Below, one piece after another: positions 22,717 to 32,380 of a stretch of 32,663 nucleotides of DNA (position 1 is its first letter; each line of letters begins with the position of its first letter). A program made the position numbers and the translations under genes. This stretch comes from a virus. Under the pieces are notes generated by a model. The model was not told the origin of the DNA. It ran no database searches and saw only the letters and a list, made by a program, of their open reading frames with translations. The stretch lies in the IMG/VR virus record IMGVR_UViG_3300000352_000001, positions 1 through 32,663 of that record. One strand, given 5' to 3'.

Positions 22717-23408
22717 TTATTTGAGTAGTTCTAAATAATCAGCTTTGGATGCTGCTCTTCTTTCTACGTTACGACTTCCGAGTCTTTCCTCTTCCATACG
22801 CTTACCGTATTGCTGAAAGTTTGTGATCCATATTTCAACAAGCATCGCATACATGTCGTGGTATGAAATTCTTGTTATTAGTTCATATGGCAGTTTTGCA
22901 TCCAATGCTTGTTGTATGCGAGCCAGTATAGGCGATGGCTCGATCACGATTGGCTCATTGCCGTTGCCTTTACCATATCGGTTAATCAGCGACTGCAGGT
23001 ATTCAGATCGAGCTTTTAGTTTTTTGAGGATACCGCATTGACTTCTTCAAGGATTGCACCTATCTTATCGACTACTTCGCTTAGATTCGTTTCGTTGATT
23101 CCGTTTAGGAAATCTTCAAACGTAGGAAGTTCTGGGCTTTCGATGAAGCAGTAAACCACTCGCAAGCTCTCAATAAGAGTGCTGCCTAGTTTAGGGTTCT
23201 TTTGCAGGTTTTTTAGATTGACTTGGGTCACTCCTACTGCATGGACTAAGTCATAGTCTTTTTCAGCTTGGAATGTTCGTTCCCACTTATAGTTTGCTAG
23301 CACTGATGTGTTAACTCGTACAAGGATTTCTCTTCTTTGGTGTTCAAGCTTATTTGTCGCTTGATTAATTGCCATTTCAACCAAAGGTATTTTAATAGAT
23401 ACGGCCAT
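22717..23408 (-). CDS. Tail assembly chaperone G-T fusion produced by -1 programmed frameshift
   Basis: After slipping on A_AAA_AAC, the -1 frame reads KKLKARSEYLQSLINRYGKGNGNEPIVIEPSPILA..., which joins the frame of ORF 22717..22947. Confidence 0.7.
23016..23408 (-). CDS. Tail assembly chaperone (G-like)
   Basis: 130 aa between the major tail protein and the tape measure. It ends ...SSKN* with the slippery heptamer at its 3' end. Confidence 0.7.
   Translation of the reverse strand: MAVSIKIPLVEMAINQATNKLEHQRREILVRVNTSVLANYKWERTFQAEKDYDLVHAVGVTQVNLKNLQKNPKLGSTLIESLRVVYCFIESPELPTFEDFLNGINETNLSEVVDKIGAILEEVNAVSSKN
23019..23025 (-). promoter_or_regulatory. -1 ribosomal frameshift slippery heptamer A_AAA_AAC
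   Basis: Zero-frame codons are UCA AAA AAC UAA, which fits the X_XXY_YYZ pattern immediately before the G stop codon. Confidence 0.7.
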
Positions 23409-23421
23409 GGGTTATCGCCTC

Positions 23422-24027
23422 TTAGGATGCTTTTACTTTTGGTGCAGTGAATGTACCGAAAGTCGCATAGTCAGTGTCAGTAGGACGTTTTCTTTGACGC
23501 CATACTTTGACTGTGTTACCATTTGCATCGGTATAATCATCAGTGCCGCTTGTAGCCAATAAATTAATACCTAAGATTGTAAATGGCAACTCATAGGTAG
23601 TAAGGTTTGGTGTTTCTGTTGTTTGTTGATAGCTTTCAGCTGGTCTTTCAAAGATGACATTATAACACCAAAACTTGACTGTTTTAGTAACGTCATTTTC
23701 ATGAACTTCAATCTCATAATAGAGATGAACTTCGACTGATTTAGAAACTGCGATGTCAGCAAGACCTGTGCCATCCACTTCTTGTTTGTACCCTAAGTCT
23801 TCTAGGAAGTCTTCTGGTACTTGGATAAGTGTTAGTGCGCCAGTGAACCCCTGATCCGCAAAGATTTCGGTGAGTTTTTGCCCATCACCGTAGATAGGTA
23901 GTTTGCTGATTGCTGCTTCAAAACTGATTTGACTAGCGAATGCTACGTCATTGATAACAAGTGGTGTAGATGCCAAACAGTATTTAACATTCTTGACGTT
24001 AAATTGTATTTCTTTAGTTTTAGCCAT
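23422..24027 (-). CDS. Major tail protein; start revised to the ATG at 24027
   Basis: GAAGGAGGAAACAATA precedes the ATG. The track start at 24045 is a TTG lying just upstream of, and overlapping, that SD. Call is by position before the chaperones. Confidence 0.65.
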   Translation of the reverse strand: MAKTKEIQFNVKNVKYCLASTPLVINDVAFASQISFEAAISKLPIYGDGQKLTEIFADQGFTGALTLIQVPEDFLEDLGYKQEVDGTGLADIAVSKSVEVHLYYEIEVHENDVTKTVKFWCYNVIFERPAESYQQTTETPNLTTYELPFTILGINLLATSGTDDYTDANGNTVKVWRQRKRPTDTDYATFGTFTAPKVKAS

Positions 24028-24430
24028 TATTGTTTCCTCCTTCAATAGCTTTCTTTACTGCTAGGATAATATTTGCTTTTTGAGCTTGAAATCTTCTTCG
24101 CATAAATCCCCGGTGAGGACTCTTTGCGCCATGTTCAAGTACGATGGTGAGTGGTACTGTAGTTTTTCTTCCATTTCTTGTAGTGGGTACAAGCTTTGTG
24201 GATCCTACATATCGAACCCCGGTGTACTTGTTTTTAATCATCCAGGATCCTTTTAGCTTTTCACCTGGATTGGTACTTACTGGACTATGTGCTTCCAAGT
24301 CTTCTTTCATGATTTTGGATGCTTCATCGAGTCCTTTTTCAACATTGATTTTGGTATCAGCACTTACTTCTTTTAAGATGTCCTGCATTTGTTTTTCAAA
24401 GTCGTTAGACGCCATATGCATATCTTCCAT
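24020..24430 (-). CDS. HK97 gp10-like head-tail joining protein
   Basis: About 135 aa with an ...EDLEAHSPVSTNPGEKLKGSW... pattern. Call is by position. Confidence 0.5.
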   Translation of the reverse strand: MEDMHMASNDFEKQMQDILKEVSADTKINVEKGLDEASKIMKEDLEAHSPVSTNPGEKLKGSWMIKNKYTGVRYVGSTKLVPTTRNGRKTTVPLTIVLEHGAKSPHRGFMRRRFQAQKANIILAVKKAIEGGNNNG

Positions 24431-24764
24431 CTAAGTCTACAGTGTATCGTTGACTTGTGGTGTCGTAGAGCGGTCCTTGCTGTGTATAGCGGATACCATG
24501 TTGAGTGAGCTTATCTCTGTATGCATTCATTATGGCGACTGCATCAGTGATTTTTTTAGCGTAGATGCTAATTGTGAAATACTTTTCTCTAATAACTTCA
24601 ATGCCATCACCTGATTCGGATGGCTGATCTGTTGTTGATCGCTCGAAGATTACAAATTTTTCCGGTATCTTTTTTTCTTCCTCGTCCATTTTTTCCATGT
24701 AAACTGGTGCTGGATGAGTGTCCTTTAGAAGATTCCATAGTGCATTATAGTCCTTGGATAGCAT
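24405..24764 (-). CDS. Head-tail joining / tail completion protein
   Basis: 119 aa in the connector block. Call is by synteny only. Confidence 0.4.
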   Translation of the reverse strand: MLSKDYNALWNLLKDTHPAPVYMEKMDEEEKKIPEKFVIFERSTTDQPSESGDGIEVIREKYFTISIYAKKITDAVAIMNAYRDKLTQHGIRYTQQGPLYDTTSQRYTVDLDGRYAYGV

Positions 24765-25107
24765 CTTCTATCAGCTCCTTTATACTGTCTTCTTTGACGT
24801 CTTCATAGTTAATTTTGATAAGATGTTCATCTTCGGCACGTGCAACTGAATTGCTTTGATATACGATTCCTTGGCCGTTCTCTTTGAAGTATATGTACTT
24901 TTGTTGCTTATATACTCGATGTTGGATTACGATGGTTCCTCGTAGTTGAACGTTTGCTGCTTGAGCTTGCCAGTATGTAACACTCCCGGTTGGTCCAATG
25001 GATCCTTGAACACGCACTACGGATTGCACTGTTTTTACACGTTCGCCTGTATCTTGGTTCTGCACTTGCTCAACATTGAACAGGTATATAGTTGCGTTTT
25101 TTCTCAT
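24745..25107 (-). CDS. Head closure (head-tail adaptor) protein
   Basis: 120 aa following the gp6-like connector. The beta-rich pattern is typical of SPP1 gp16/HK97 gp7-like proteins. Confidence 0.5.
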   Translation of the reverse strand: MRKNATIYLFNVEQVQNQDTGERVKTVQSVVRVQGSIGPTGSVTYWQAQAANVQLRGTIVIQHRVYKQQKYIYFKENGQGIVYQSNSVARAEDEHLIKINYEDVKEDSIKELIEDAIQGL

Positions 25108-25150
25108 GATCCATCACCGCCTTTATTCTAATTCTTTTAGAGATTTTAAT

Positions 25151-25438
25151 TCAAGGAGTCATTGAACGCAGTTTGTCAATGTTTGCTACATACATCAAAC
25201 TTGTTTTATGCGCTCCTGTGGTTAGATTCAAGTTATCATTTACAAATATGGTAAGGGTGGCTACCACCAGTTTATTTGTAGGTACGATCATTGCTTCTGG
25301 AACACCAGCACCTTTCATATCTTCAATGCCGGCATCGATAAGGTCTTCAATATATGCTTTTGATATTAAGTCAGAGACATCATATCCTACTGCATAAGCA
25401 ATCTTGTTTACTAAATCTGCGCCTGTTGCTACTGACAT
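25151..25438 (-). CDS. gp6-like head-tail connector protein
   Basis: 95 aa and helical. Call is by position after the capsid/decoration genes. Confidence 0.5.
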   Translation of the reverse strand: MSVATGADLVNKIAYAVGYDVSDLISKAYIEDLIDAGIEDMKGAGVPEAMIVPTNKLVVATLTIFVNDNLNLTTGAHKTSLMYVANIDKLRSMTP

Positions 25439-25467
25439 GTTATGCCACCCCTTTCATATTATTTTTC

Positions 25468-25839
25468 TTAGGACGCTACTAGAGCGATTGTTGATTCAGC
25501 TTCGCCTGCACGTGCTTCATCATATCCGATAGTGATTAAACCAGTTTTTGTTACATAACCAGTTTTGCTGATCGAGTAGTTATATGTGCCATATAATACT
25601 GGATACTTACCACTTGCTGCAGTTACTGTATCACCACTACCAATTGTAGACCCTTTTTTGAGTACTACTGTAGGTGTATCAATTGCTGCTCCTTCGGAAT
25701 CAACTACATTTATTGTAAGTTCTACTTCTTCATATTGCAGGTTGAAGTTTTCGTAGACTTCGCCAGTGCTTGCGCCATCGACTGTTTTACCAGTGATGTT
25801 TTTCAAAGCACCCTTTAGTCCTTCTAAGTTTTTTCCCAT
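25468..25839 (-). CDS. Putative head decoration / Ig-like domain protein
   Basis: 123 aa, beta-rich (LTINVVDSEGAAIDTPTVVLKKGS...YNYSISKTGYVTKTG), directly after the major capsid gene. Confidence 0.4.
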   Translation of the reverse strand: MGKNLEGLKGALKNITGKTVDGASTGEVYENFNLQYEEVELTINVVDSEGAAIDTPTVVLKKGSTIGSGDTVTAASGKYPVLYGTYNYSISKTGYVTKTGLITIGYDEARAGEAESTIALVAS

Positions 25840-25850
25840 GGCTCTAGTCC

Positions 25851-27050
25851 TTAGGCTTTCTTAGTTCCATGGACAAACGCATTTGGAACCGGTGCTGTAG
25901 CACAGTATTCGCTAGCAATGTATTCGGTGACACCTTTGCGAGCTTTTCTTTCGGTTTCAATTCGGATTGGAATCAATGAGTTTGCTTTGAAGAACTTAGC
26001 AACGTTACCGATGATGAAATCACCAGCTGCTAAGTTTTCATCAGTTTCAACTCTGATTGTACCGAATGATGAAATCCCGGTTGCGTTATTGAAGATTGGA
26101 TACTTGAAGTTTCCATTATCATCCTTTGAGAATAGGATTTTATCGTATACGTCAGTTGCGACATATACTTTTGCATTTCTGCGGAACTTAGGTGTGAGCT
26201 TGCCAAGACCAGCGATGATAGCATCGATTTCTTTGCCTGCATCATAACCACCAGTGACTGCTGCAAGAGCGCCCACTGTGATACCTTTGATGTGATCTGA
26301 GTTACCAGCACCGTAGATTAGGTCATATACCCAGTCTTCGTTCAAGTCTTGAAGGATTTGTTCGATGATATATGCGCCAAAGTCAAATGCTGTCAATGCT
26401 TGTACTTCATCAGTAACTGCAATGATGGTTTGTAAGTAACCTTTAACACCTGTTACTTTATCCCATTCGATTTGATTGTCTTTACCTTCAGCACCTTCAG
26501 CCTTAGCTTTAGCTTTGTCACGTGATTTTCTAAATACGAATTCTACTAAGCCGGGAATGCTTGTGAAAGCAACGTCACGAAGAATTGGGCTTAATAATCC
26601 TTCTTCTCTTAGAAGATCAAGGACTACGCTTGTTGGAATAAATACACCAGCGTTGTTGACACCGTTTACAAGTTCAGTTGCTTCAACGAATGTTGCAGCG
26701 GTAGTAGTCAATGCTACACCTAATGCACGTTTTTCTGGTTCACTGAATGCTTGGTTTTTGAAACCACGTCCAATGACTAAAGCGAGTTTATCTCTCTTTG
26801 TCATTTTTGCGATTCTCTCATCAACTTCACCTTTTGATCCTAGTTCAACTACTACTGGAGCAGTACCGAATCTACCATGGAGTGCTTCTCTCAATTGGTT
26901 GTTGAGAGTTTCCATGTCTTTTTCAGCGTTTCTGGATTCTTCTTCGATTACAAGAAGTCTTTCAGATGTTGCTGTAGCTGCTTCTTTTTTGAAGCCTTCA
27001 ATTTTGGATCTTAATGCTTCGATTTTACTTCTAATTTCATCAATTGTCAT
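25851..27050 (-). CDS. Major capsid protein, HK97 fold
   Basis: 399 aa with an N-terminal coiled-coil delta-like region. It follows the prohead protease. Confidence 0.85.
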   Translation of the reverse strand: MTIDEIRSKIEALRSKIEGFKKEAATATSERLLVIEEESRNAEKDMETLNNQLREALHGRFGTAPVVVELGSKGEVDERIAKMTKRDKLALVIGRGFKNQAFSEPEKRALGVALTTTAATFVEATELVNGVNNAGVFIPTSVVLDLLREEGLLSPILRDVAFTSIPGLVEFVFRKSRDKAKAKAEGAEGKDNQIEWDKVTGVKGYLQTIIAVTDEVQALTAFDFGAYIIEQILQDLNEDWVYDLIYGAGNSDHIKGITVGALAAVTGGYDAGKEIDAIIAGLGKLTPKFRRNAKVYVATDVYDKILFSKDDNGNFKYPIFNNATGISSFGTIRVETDENLAAGDFIIGNVAKFFKANSLIPIRIETERKARKGVTEYIASEYCATAPVPNAFVHGTKKA

Positions 27051-27064
27051 TTTTAATTGCCCTC

Positions 27065-27718
27065 CTATTTTATTTTTTCTAATCTTGCAAGCACATTCTT
27101 GCGTTGTTCTTCTAACTTTCTTTCTTCCGCAGTCTTGGAATCTTCCAATTCCTGCTTGCGTGAAGCCTCCACTTCACCAAGTCGACGTGCATAGATTTCG
27201 GTTTGATCATACGCAGGATGAGCTACTGCTGCTACATCATAGAGTTTTCCTATTTTTCGTACTGTCCACGTGTGGGTTTCCTTGTTATAGGATTCTTCTT
27301 CTATTGTAAAAGCAAAACTCATTTTATCAATGATGCCTGTTCGAACTAATTCATATAAATCTCTTCCTGATTGTGTGTTAACTAGTTTTGCTTTAAAGTT
27401 AACTCCTTCAGGTTTAATTTCAAGTTCTAATGACTTGTTTTTTGTTCTTGCAACGACATGATTGTCATCGTGATTAAACTTTAGGAAACATTGACTAATA
27501 TCAGTGTTATTCAATGCTGCTGCATCGATAATTTCTTTATAGTCTACTCCTTCATATTGAAATAGGATTGTTTCTTTGTTGAATACGATTGGTTGTCCTT
27601 CGACAATCATTTCATTTGATTCGGTTCCATCATTCGATCTGACATGGACACCTGAGAACTCTCTCATGTAGTTGCCATGGCGATTGATTCTTAAATCGTT
27701 AATAAGTTGTTTTTCCAT
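27065..27718 (-). CDS. HK97-family prohead serine protease
   Basis: Lies between portal and capsid. Contains HDDNHVVART...DKMSFAF motifs, and the C-terminal coiled coil is scaffold-like. Confidence 0.75.
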   Translation of the reverse strand: MEKQLINDLRINRHGNYMREFSGVHVRSNDGTESNEMIVEGQPIVFNKETILFQYEGVDYKEIIDAAALNNTDISQCFLKFNHDDNHVVARTKNKSLELEIKPEGVNFKAKLVNTQSGRDLYELVRTGIIDKMSFAFTIEEESYNKETHTWTVRKIGKLYDVAAVAHPAYDQTEIYARRLGEVEASRKQELEDSKTAEERKLEEQRKNVLARLEKIK

Positions 27719-28936
27719 CTATTTATCCTCCTTAGGTTTAGGATTTGTTAAGTCTTCCTCTTCTTGCTGCTGTTTTTGTTCTTCTAGTTTAGCATAATTA
27801 AGGAATGTATATGGTTCATCCCCACCTTCAACTGGTGGAATATAAAGCAATTCGTTGACGACATTTGGAATGTGTACTGGTGATTTTTGAATGATTGCTG
27901 CAACTGATGCTCTTGTTTTTAATGAAGCAGTTTGGAGTCTATTTGCATCTACTCTTATTTCGTTTCCTACTTCTCTTTCTCTAGGAGTTAGTAGTTTGTC
28001 TGTAAGTTCAGCTGCGATTTTTATTGCTATAGGTTCCATGTTTGTTTCATAGTAAGCTTGGAACTGATCTTCATTATAGTTTGCTGATAGCATCGAGTCA
28101 TTAATGTTTAGATAGTCCTTCACTTTCTTTTCAAGTAATGCCATTATATCGGAATCAGCATATTTTCCTTTTGCTGTGTCCAATTGAATTACTTGTTGAG
28201 CTGCATCAATATATGCTATTGCGGCTGATTCACTTCCAAGGTATCTATCTGAGAATTCTTTAGCTCTTTTTTCTTTTTGATCGTCAGATAGCACTGTTGG
28301 CGTTGAAACTAAAAATCTAATAAATGCTGACATTCGAATGGACTGTTCAAGTCCTTCATAGTTTGTCTTAATGATTTTGATAACTTGTTCGATTGACTTA
28401 TCTAGCTTACCGAATGTATCTACTATAAATCCTACATTTCTGGATATGATAATCATGTCATTCATATCAGTCACGTATGTTTCGTTTCCAATTCTAAATT
28501 TGAAGTATAGTTCTTTTTCATCGGATCTTATTTCAACCGATTCGGTTGGTATAACCCATAATGCCTTTACTCGATCGGATGCTATTGTATCACCACGTTC
28601 AACAAATATCATTGCGTTATTGTTCATATAGTACTCAAGAACTACTTTTTCCCAGAATGTGGGTGCGTTCATCGCTGGATTAGGTCTAGTACTTAGGATG
28701 TAGTTTAACGTGTTTTTATTGGTTGATACTGCACCTTTGTAATAGACTAATGGTCTTATTTTGGATCCATGACGAGCGTGGGTATTACATGCTGTAACAA
28801 ATGTTTCATTCAACTTAGGATTACTTTCGCCTGTAAAATATGGACTAATGACATTTAGGCTTCTGAGTTGACTTCCTACTTTTTTACTTTTGAATATGTT
28901 AGCAACGTATGTTGTTGCATTTTGAAACCATCCCAT
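27719..28936 (-). CDS. Portal protein, HK97 family
   Basis: 405 aa immediately downstream of TerL. Confidence 0.8.
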   Translation of the reverse strand: MGWFQNATTYVANIFKSKKVGSQLRSLNVISPYFTGESNPKLNETFVTACNTHARHGSKIRPLVYYKGAVSTNKNTLNYILSTRPNPAMNAPTFWEKVVLEYYMNNNAMIFVERGDTIASDRVKALWVIPTESVEIRSDEKELYFKFRIGNETYVTDMNDMIIISRNVGFIVDTFGKLDKSIEQVIKIIKTNYEGLEQSIRMSAFIRFLVSTPTVLSDDQKEKRAKEFSDRYLGSESAAIAYIDAAQQVIQLDTAKGKYADSDIMALLEKKVKDYLNINDSMLSANYNEDQFQAYYETNMEPIAIKIAAELTDKLLTPREREVGNEIRVDANRLQTASLKTRASVAAIIQKSPVHIPNVVNELLYIPPVEGGDEPYTFLNYAKLEEQKQQQEEEDLTNPKPKEDK

Positions 28937-28937
28937 T

Positions 28938-30677
28938 TTATACCTCCTGTCCCTTTTGTCCTAGGTAGAACCCTATGTCATCTGCTATTCTAACATAACA
29001 GTTCAAAATCGTTGCAAAGCCGTCTATTTTGCGCTCACGCTGATCATTGATTTTCTTAGGCATATAGTTCCCATTTCTATCTTGTTCCAGCTGTACGTTT
29101 GATAAACACCACTTCGTGATTGGGTTGTTTTGATAACATAACATCTTTTGTCTAAGATGTGCTTCGATCAGCTGCATAGGAATACTAAGTGTTTTGGCTC
29201 CTTGGGCAGTTGCAACTAAGCATGTATCTCTTTGATATCCTCTCGATACTAAATCTGATATAAGATATTGAGCTGAATATCTATCGTATTGGATGTACTG
29301 GTACATCCATCCCTTTTCTCTAAAGTTGTTACTGATGTAATCAGCTATATCCTGGTATTCGATGAGTTCAGTACCGGATATTCTTACAAGACCACGTTCT
29401 ACCCATGCTGCCCATGGTATTTTGTTGTTCTTGTCTTGAAGTCTTTCATTGTAAAATTTAGCAGTGATCCAGTACATTGTTATTGCAATTGCTCGAGGCT
29501 TTTTACCTTCAATCATATCTTCCTTGTCGAATAACATTGTAGTGAAACTTGTAAGGTCACCAGTTCTTGACAAGTCTAACCCACCTATAACAAATGAATT
29601 ATCGAATTTCTTCAATTGTTCTTCTGTGTACTCTATCTCATTATTCAAGTCATCAAAGTTTAACCATCCTTTTCCTGTGATACCACGAATGTTAAAGTCT
29701 TTGGTTAGGACGGTATTCATATAGTTCTTATCCGATTCAGCTCTTTGCACTTGATCCTGAATATATTTTACTTGTTTTATAACGCCTAGCGATGGATTTG
29801 CTTTTATCCAATTCTTTTCATCAGCTATTTCTTCTATGGAGTCCATTTCATAGATTAGTGGTAGTAGCGTATCGTCCGGGCTAATTCCTTCTAGGATATT
29901 AACTGCGTGATCATACACGTTGTCATATAGTCCTTCTCTTACGAAGCCTGCAGTACTAATCATCGAAATAATAGGTTGCTGTCTGGCTGATGTTGACTGT
30001 TTTAGAATATCATAGATTGCTCTTTTTAGTTCGTGGACTTCATCGATAACACCTAAGCTTGTATTTAAACCATCGAACGTTTGAACGTTTGATGATAATA
30101 CCTTGGCCAACGAAGATGATCCTTTAAGCTTGATACTTTTTGGTGGTGCTATTCTATATGTAAATATCTTAGCTAGTTCTCTTTCTCTCTTAATCATATC
30201 GATTGCTTCTTCGATGATTCGTTGTGCTTGGCTCGTTACGGTTGCTGCAGCATAGACTTCGGCTCCTTTTTCGTGGAGTATACCAAAGAGCGTTAAAGGC
30301 GCATTCATTGTGGTTTTACCGTTTTTACGTGCTACGACTAGAAAACTCTCAGTAAATCTTCTTTGATGTGTATCTCTTCGCAGCGTTCCGAATAGTGTTT
30401 GAGCCCATGCTTTTTGCCATAGCATTAGTTCTATTTTTTTACCTGCCCATTCACCTTTTGATTGGCGACAAAACGTTTCTGAAAACTTGATAAATTTTAA
30501 ACCTGGATTTGGGTTAAAGTAATACAATGGATGCTCGTCATTTATGATCGGTTTCATCCATTTTAGATATACTTTTTTTACTTTTTTTGATACTAAGATT
30601 CGTCCGGACTCAATCTCTTCGATGTACTCTCGGATATAGTTTGGTTTATCTTGATAATCCATTCTAGTCCTCCTCAT
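28938..30677 (-). CDS. Terminase large subunit
   Basis: Walker A-like VVARKNGKTT, Walker B GVIDEVHE, and nuclease aspartates GGLDLS and KIDGFAT. Confidence 0.9.
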   Translation of the reverse strand: MRRTRMDYQDKPNYIREYIEEIESGRILVSKKVKKVYLKWMKPIINDEHPLYYFNPNPGLKFIKFSETFCRQSKGEWAGKKIELMLWQKAWAQTLFGTLRRDTHQRRFTESFLVVARKNGKTTMNAPLTLFGILHEKGAEVYAAATVTSQAQRIIEEAIDMIKRERELAKIFTYRIAPPKSIKLKGSSSLAKVLSSNVQTFDGLNTSLGVIDEVHELKRAIYDILKQSTSARQQPIISMISTAGFVREGLYDNVYDHAVNILEGISPDDTLLPLIYEMDSIEEIADEKNWIKANPSLGVIKQVKYIQDQVQRAESDKNYMNTVLTKDFNIRGITGKGWLNFDDLNNEIEYTEEQLKKFDNSFVIGGLDLSRTGDLTSFTTMLFDKEDMIEGKKPRAIAITMYWITAKFYNERLQDKNNKIPWAAWVERGLVRISGTELIEYQDIADYISNNFREKGWMYQYIQYDRYSAQYLISDLVSRGYQRDTCLVATAQGAKTLSIPMQLIEAHLRQKMLCYQNNPITKWCLSNVQLEQDRNGNYMPKKINDQRERKIDGFATILNCYVRIADDIGFYLGQKGQEV

Positions 30678-31161
30678 TCATGAGATCAAGCACATCACTT
30701 TTTGGCTTGTTCTTACTGTGAGCATTTCCTATTCTTGCTCTTCCTACAGGAGTTAGGCATAACTGCTCCGCTAATTTAGATATAATTTTGGATTGCTTTT
30801 CCATGGTTGCAAATGTTTTGTCTAGCATCTTTTGTCCAGCATCATTCCCGGACACTACTTGATTTACTTTTGCCCATGTTTCTTGCGCCTTTTTATATAT
30901 CGCTGTAGCTTCGCAGTACATGACTAATGCAGTGATATCGAGATCGTTAAGGATTTTAATTTCCATTTGTGCATATAATCTCATGATTCTTCGCCATTCT
31001 TTTTTGGCTTCATCTGTTAGATACTTTGGAACTGTTAGCTTTGCTTTTGTTTTGAGCTTTGCTTCAATCTCTTTTCGCATCTCGATTTCTTCACTGTTTT
31101 TTTTATGACTTTGGTTGTCAATGGCAGCTGCAGGAATAGGTTTTCTACCAGTGTTTCCCAT
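30664..31161 (-). CDS. Terminase small subunit, P27 family
   Basis: The pattern PKYLTDEAKKEWRRI...LDITALVMYCEA...LSKLAEQLCLTPVGRARIG is typical of P27-type TerS. Confidence 0.8.
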   Translation of the reverse strand: MGNTGRKPIPAAAIDNQSHKKNSEEIEMRKEIEAKLKTKAKLTVPKYLTDEAKKEWRRIMRLYAQMEIKILNDLDITALVMYCEATAIYKKAQETWAKVNQVVSGNDAGQKMLDKTFATMEKQSKIISKLAEQLCLTPVGRARIGNAHSKNKPKSDVLDLMNEED

Positions 31162-32221
31162 AGTAGTGGCATCCGCCAGCTATTTCACTGTATTTGATAT
31201 CTCTTAGTCCTAGACGTTTAATAATGGATCCTGGTGTGAGCTCAATGCGTTTGATGTAGTCAATAATTTCTTTTCTATCATCAGCATCTATGCTTCCATT
31301 AAGTATGATGTTTACGCTTAATGGTTCTTTGATTCCAATTCCGTATGCAACTTGAATTTGCACATCTGTTAGTCCATGGCTTTTAAATTTATCAATTGTT
31401 CTTACTGCAATTTCTCTAGCTGCGTAGGATCCGCTTCTATCTACCTTGCTTGGATCCTTACCTGAGAATGCTCCGCCACCTACCTGGATATATCCGCCAT
31501 ATTGGTCGCATACGATTTTTCTTCCTGTGAGTCCTGAATCAGCTTCTGGTCCACCCAGTGTCCATCGTCCGGATGGATTTGCAATGATTTTAACTTGCTC
31601 AATATTTTTTACTTCATTCAATCTAAGTGATTGGTGAATGATTTGGTGGATTGTTTCTTTTACTGTTTTTTCATCAATGTTTTCATAGTGACATGCGCTC
31701 ACTAGGATTGTATGCACTGACTCTTTTGGGTACTTATCCAAGTCGACTGTAACTTGAACTTTTGCATCGCCTTTGAAAATTCTTCCTTCATCAGCATAAT
31801 GTTCGATGTGTTTAATAATATGATTTGCTATGTGGAATCCGAATGGTAGGTAACTTGATGTTTCACTTGTTGCGTATCCAAACATAATTCCTTGATCCCC
31901 TGCTGCAGGATCATCCGCATTGGTTCCATCAACCGCATGATTGATTTCTTGTGATTGTTTGCCTAATAGATTAATGACTTCATCTACTTGGTATTTCAGT
32001 TTGAATGCGATGTTTTTGACTACAGCTTCGATTTCTTCTTTTGTGAATGATTCGCTTGTTTCACCAGCTACAATGACAACTCTATCTTTGACTAAAGTTT
32101 CAGCTGCAACTCTGGCGTTTTTATTTTTCTTAAGTGCTGCATCCAATATGGCATCGCTTATTTGATCGGCATATTTGTCAGGATGATATTTTGATACTTG
32201 TTCTGTGCTAAATAGTTTCAT
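31145..32221 (-). CDS. metK: S-adenosylmethionine synthetase (methionine adenosyltransferase)
   Basis: HPDKYADQISDAILDA, GDQGIMFGYA, KGDAKVQVT, GGPEADSGLTGRKIV and GGGAFSGKDPSKVDRSGSYAAR all align to canonical MetK motifs. Confidence 0.9.
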   Translation of the reverse strand: MKLFSTEQVSKYHPDKYADQISDAILDAALKKNKNARVAAETLVKDRVVIVAGETSESFTKEEIEAVVKNIAFKLKYQVDEVINLLGKQSQEINHAVDGTNADDPAAGDQGIMFGYATSETSSYLPFGFHIANHIIKHIEHYADEGRIFKGDAKVQVTVDLDKYPKESVHTILVSACHYENIDEKTVKETIHQIIHQSLRLNEVKNIEQVKIIANPSGRWTLGGPEADSGLTGRKIVCDQYGGYIQVGGGAFSGKDPSKVDRSGSYAAREIAVRTIDKFKSHGLTDVQIQVAYGIGIKEPLSVNIILNGSIDADDRKEIIDYIKRIELTPGSIIKRLGLRDIKYSEIAGGCHYYGKHW

Positions 32222-32379
32222 CGGTTTTGTACCCCTTTTCTTGTTTCCTTAATGTCTTCGCTTAATACCTTTGCTACACCGTCTTTTACTTCTAAGACTA
32301 CTGTAGTTGTCATATCTGATTTGCTGCTCTTATCGATTGACACGATTCTTTTTGGGTTTGTTTCTTTTTTTTGTTTCAT
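32218..32379 (-). CDS. Hypothetical 53-aa protein between the ParB-methylase and MetK; below the ORF-track cut-off
   Basis: Hand translation gives MKQKKETNPKRIVSIDKSSKSDMTTTVVLEVKDGVAKVLSEDIKETRKGVQNR. GGGAGGATAGT precedes the ATG, and the stop overlaps the metK start (ATGA). Confidence 0.5.
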   Translation of the reverse strand: MKQKKETNPKRIVSIDKSSKSDMTTTVVLEVKDGVAKVLSEDIKETRKGVQNR

Positions 32380-32380
32380 A

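Noticed and set aside
26476-27309. 277-aa plus-strand ORF, and the other plus-strand ORFs in the track (for example 9-221, 1726-2148, 14024-14293, 16790-17209, 21121-21456, 25918-26247)
   Set aside because: All lie antisense inside well-supported minus-strand genes. They are low-complexity (Ser/Leu/Phe-rich) and lack RBSs. They are typical shadow ORFs of an AT-rich, single-strand-coded genome.
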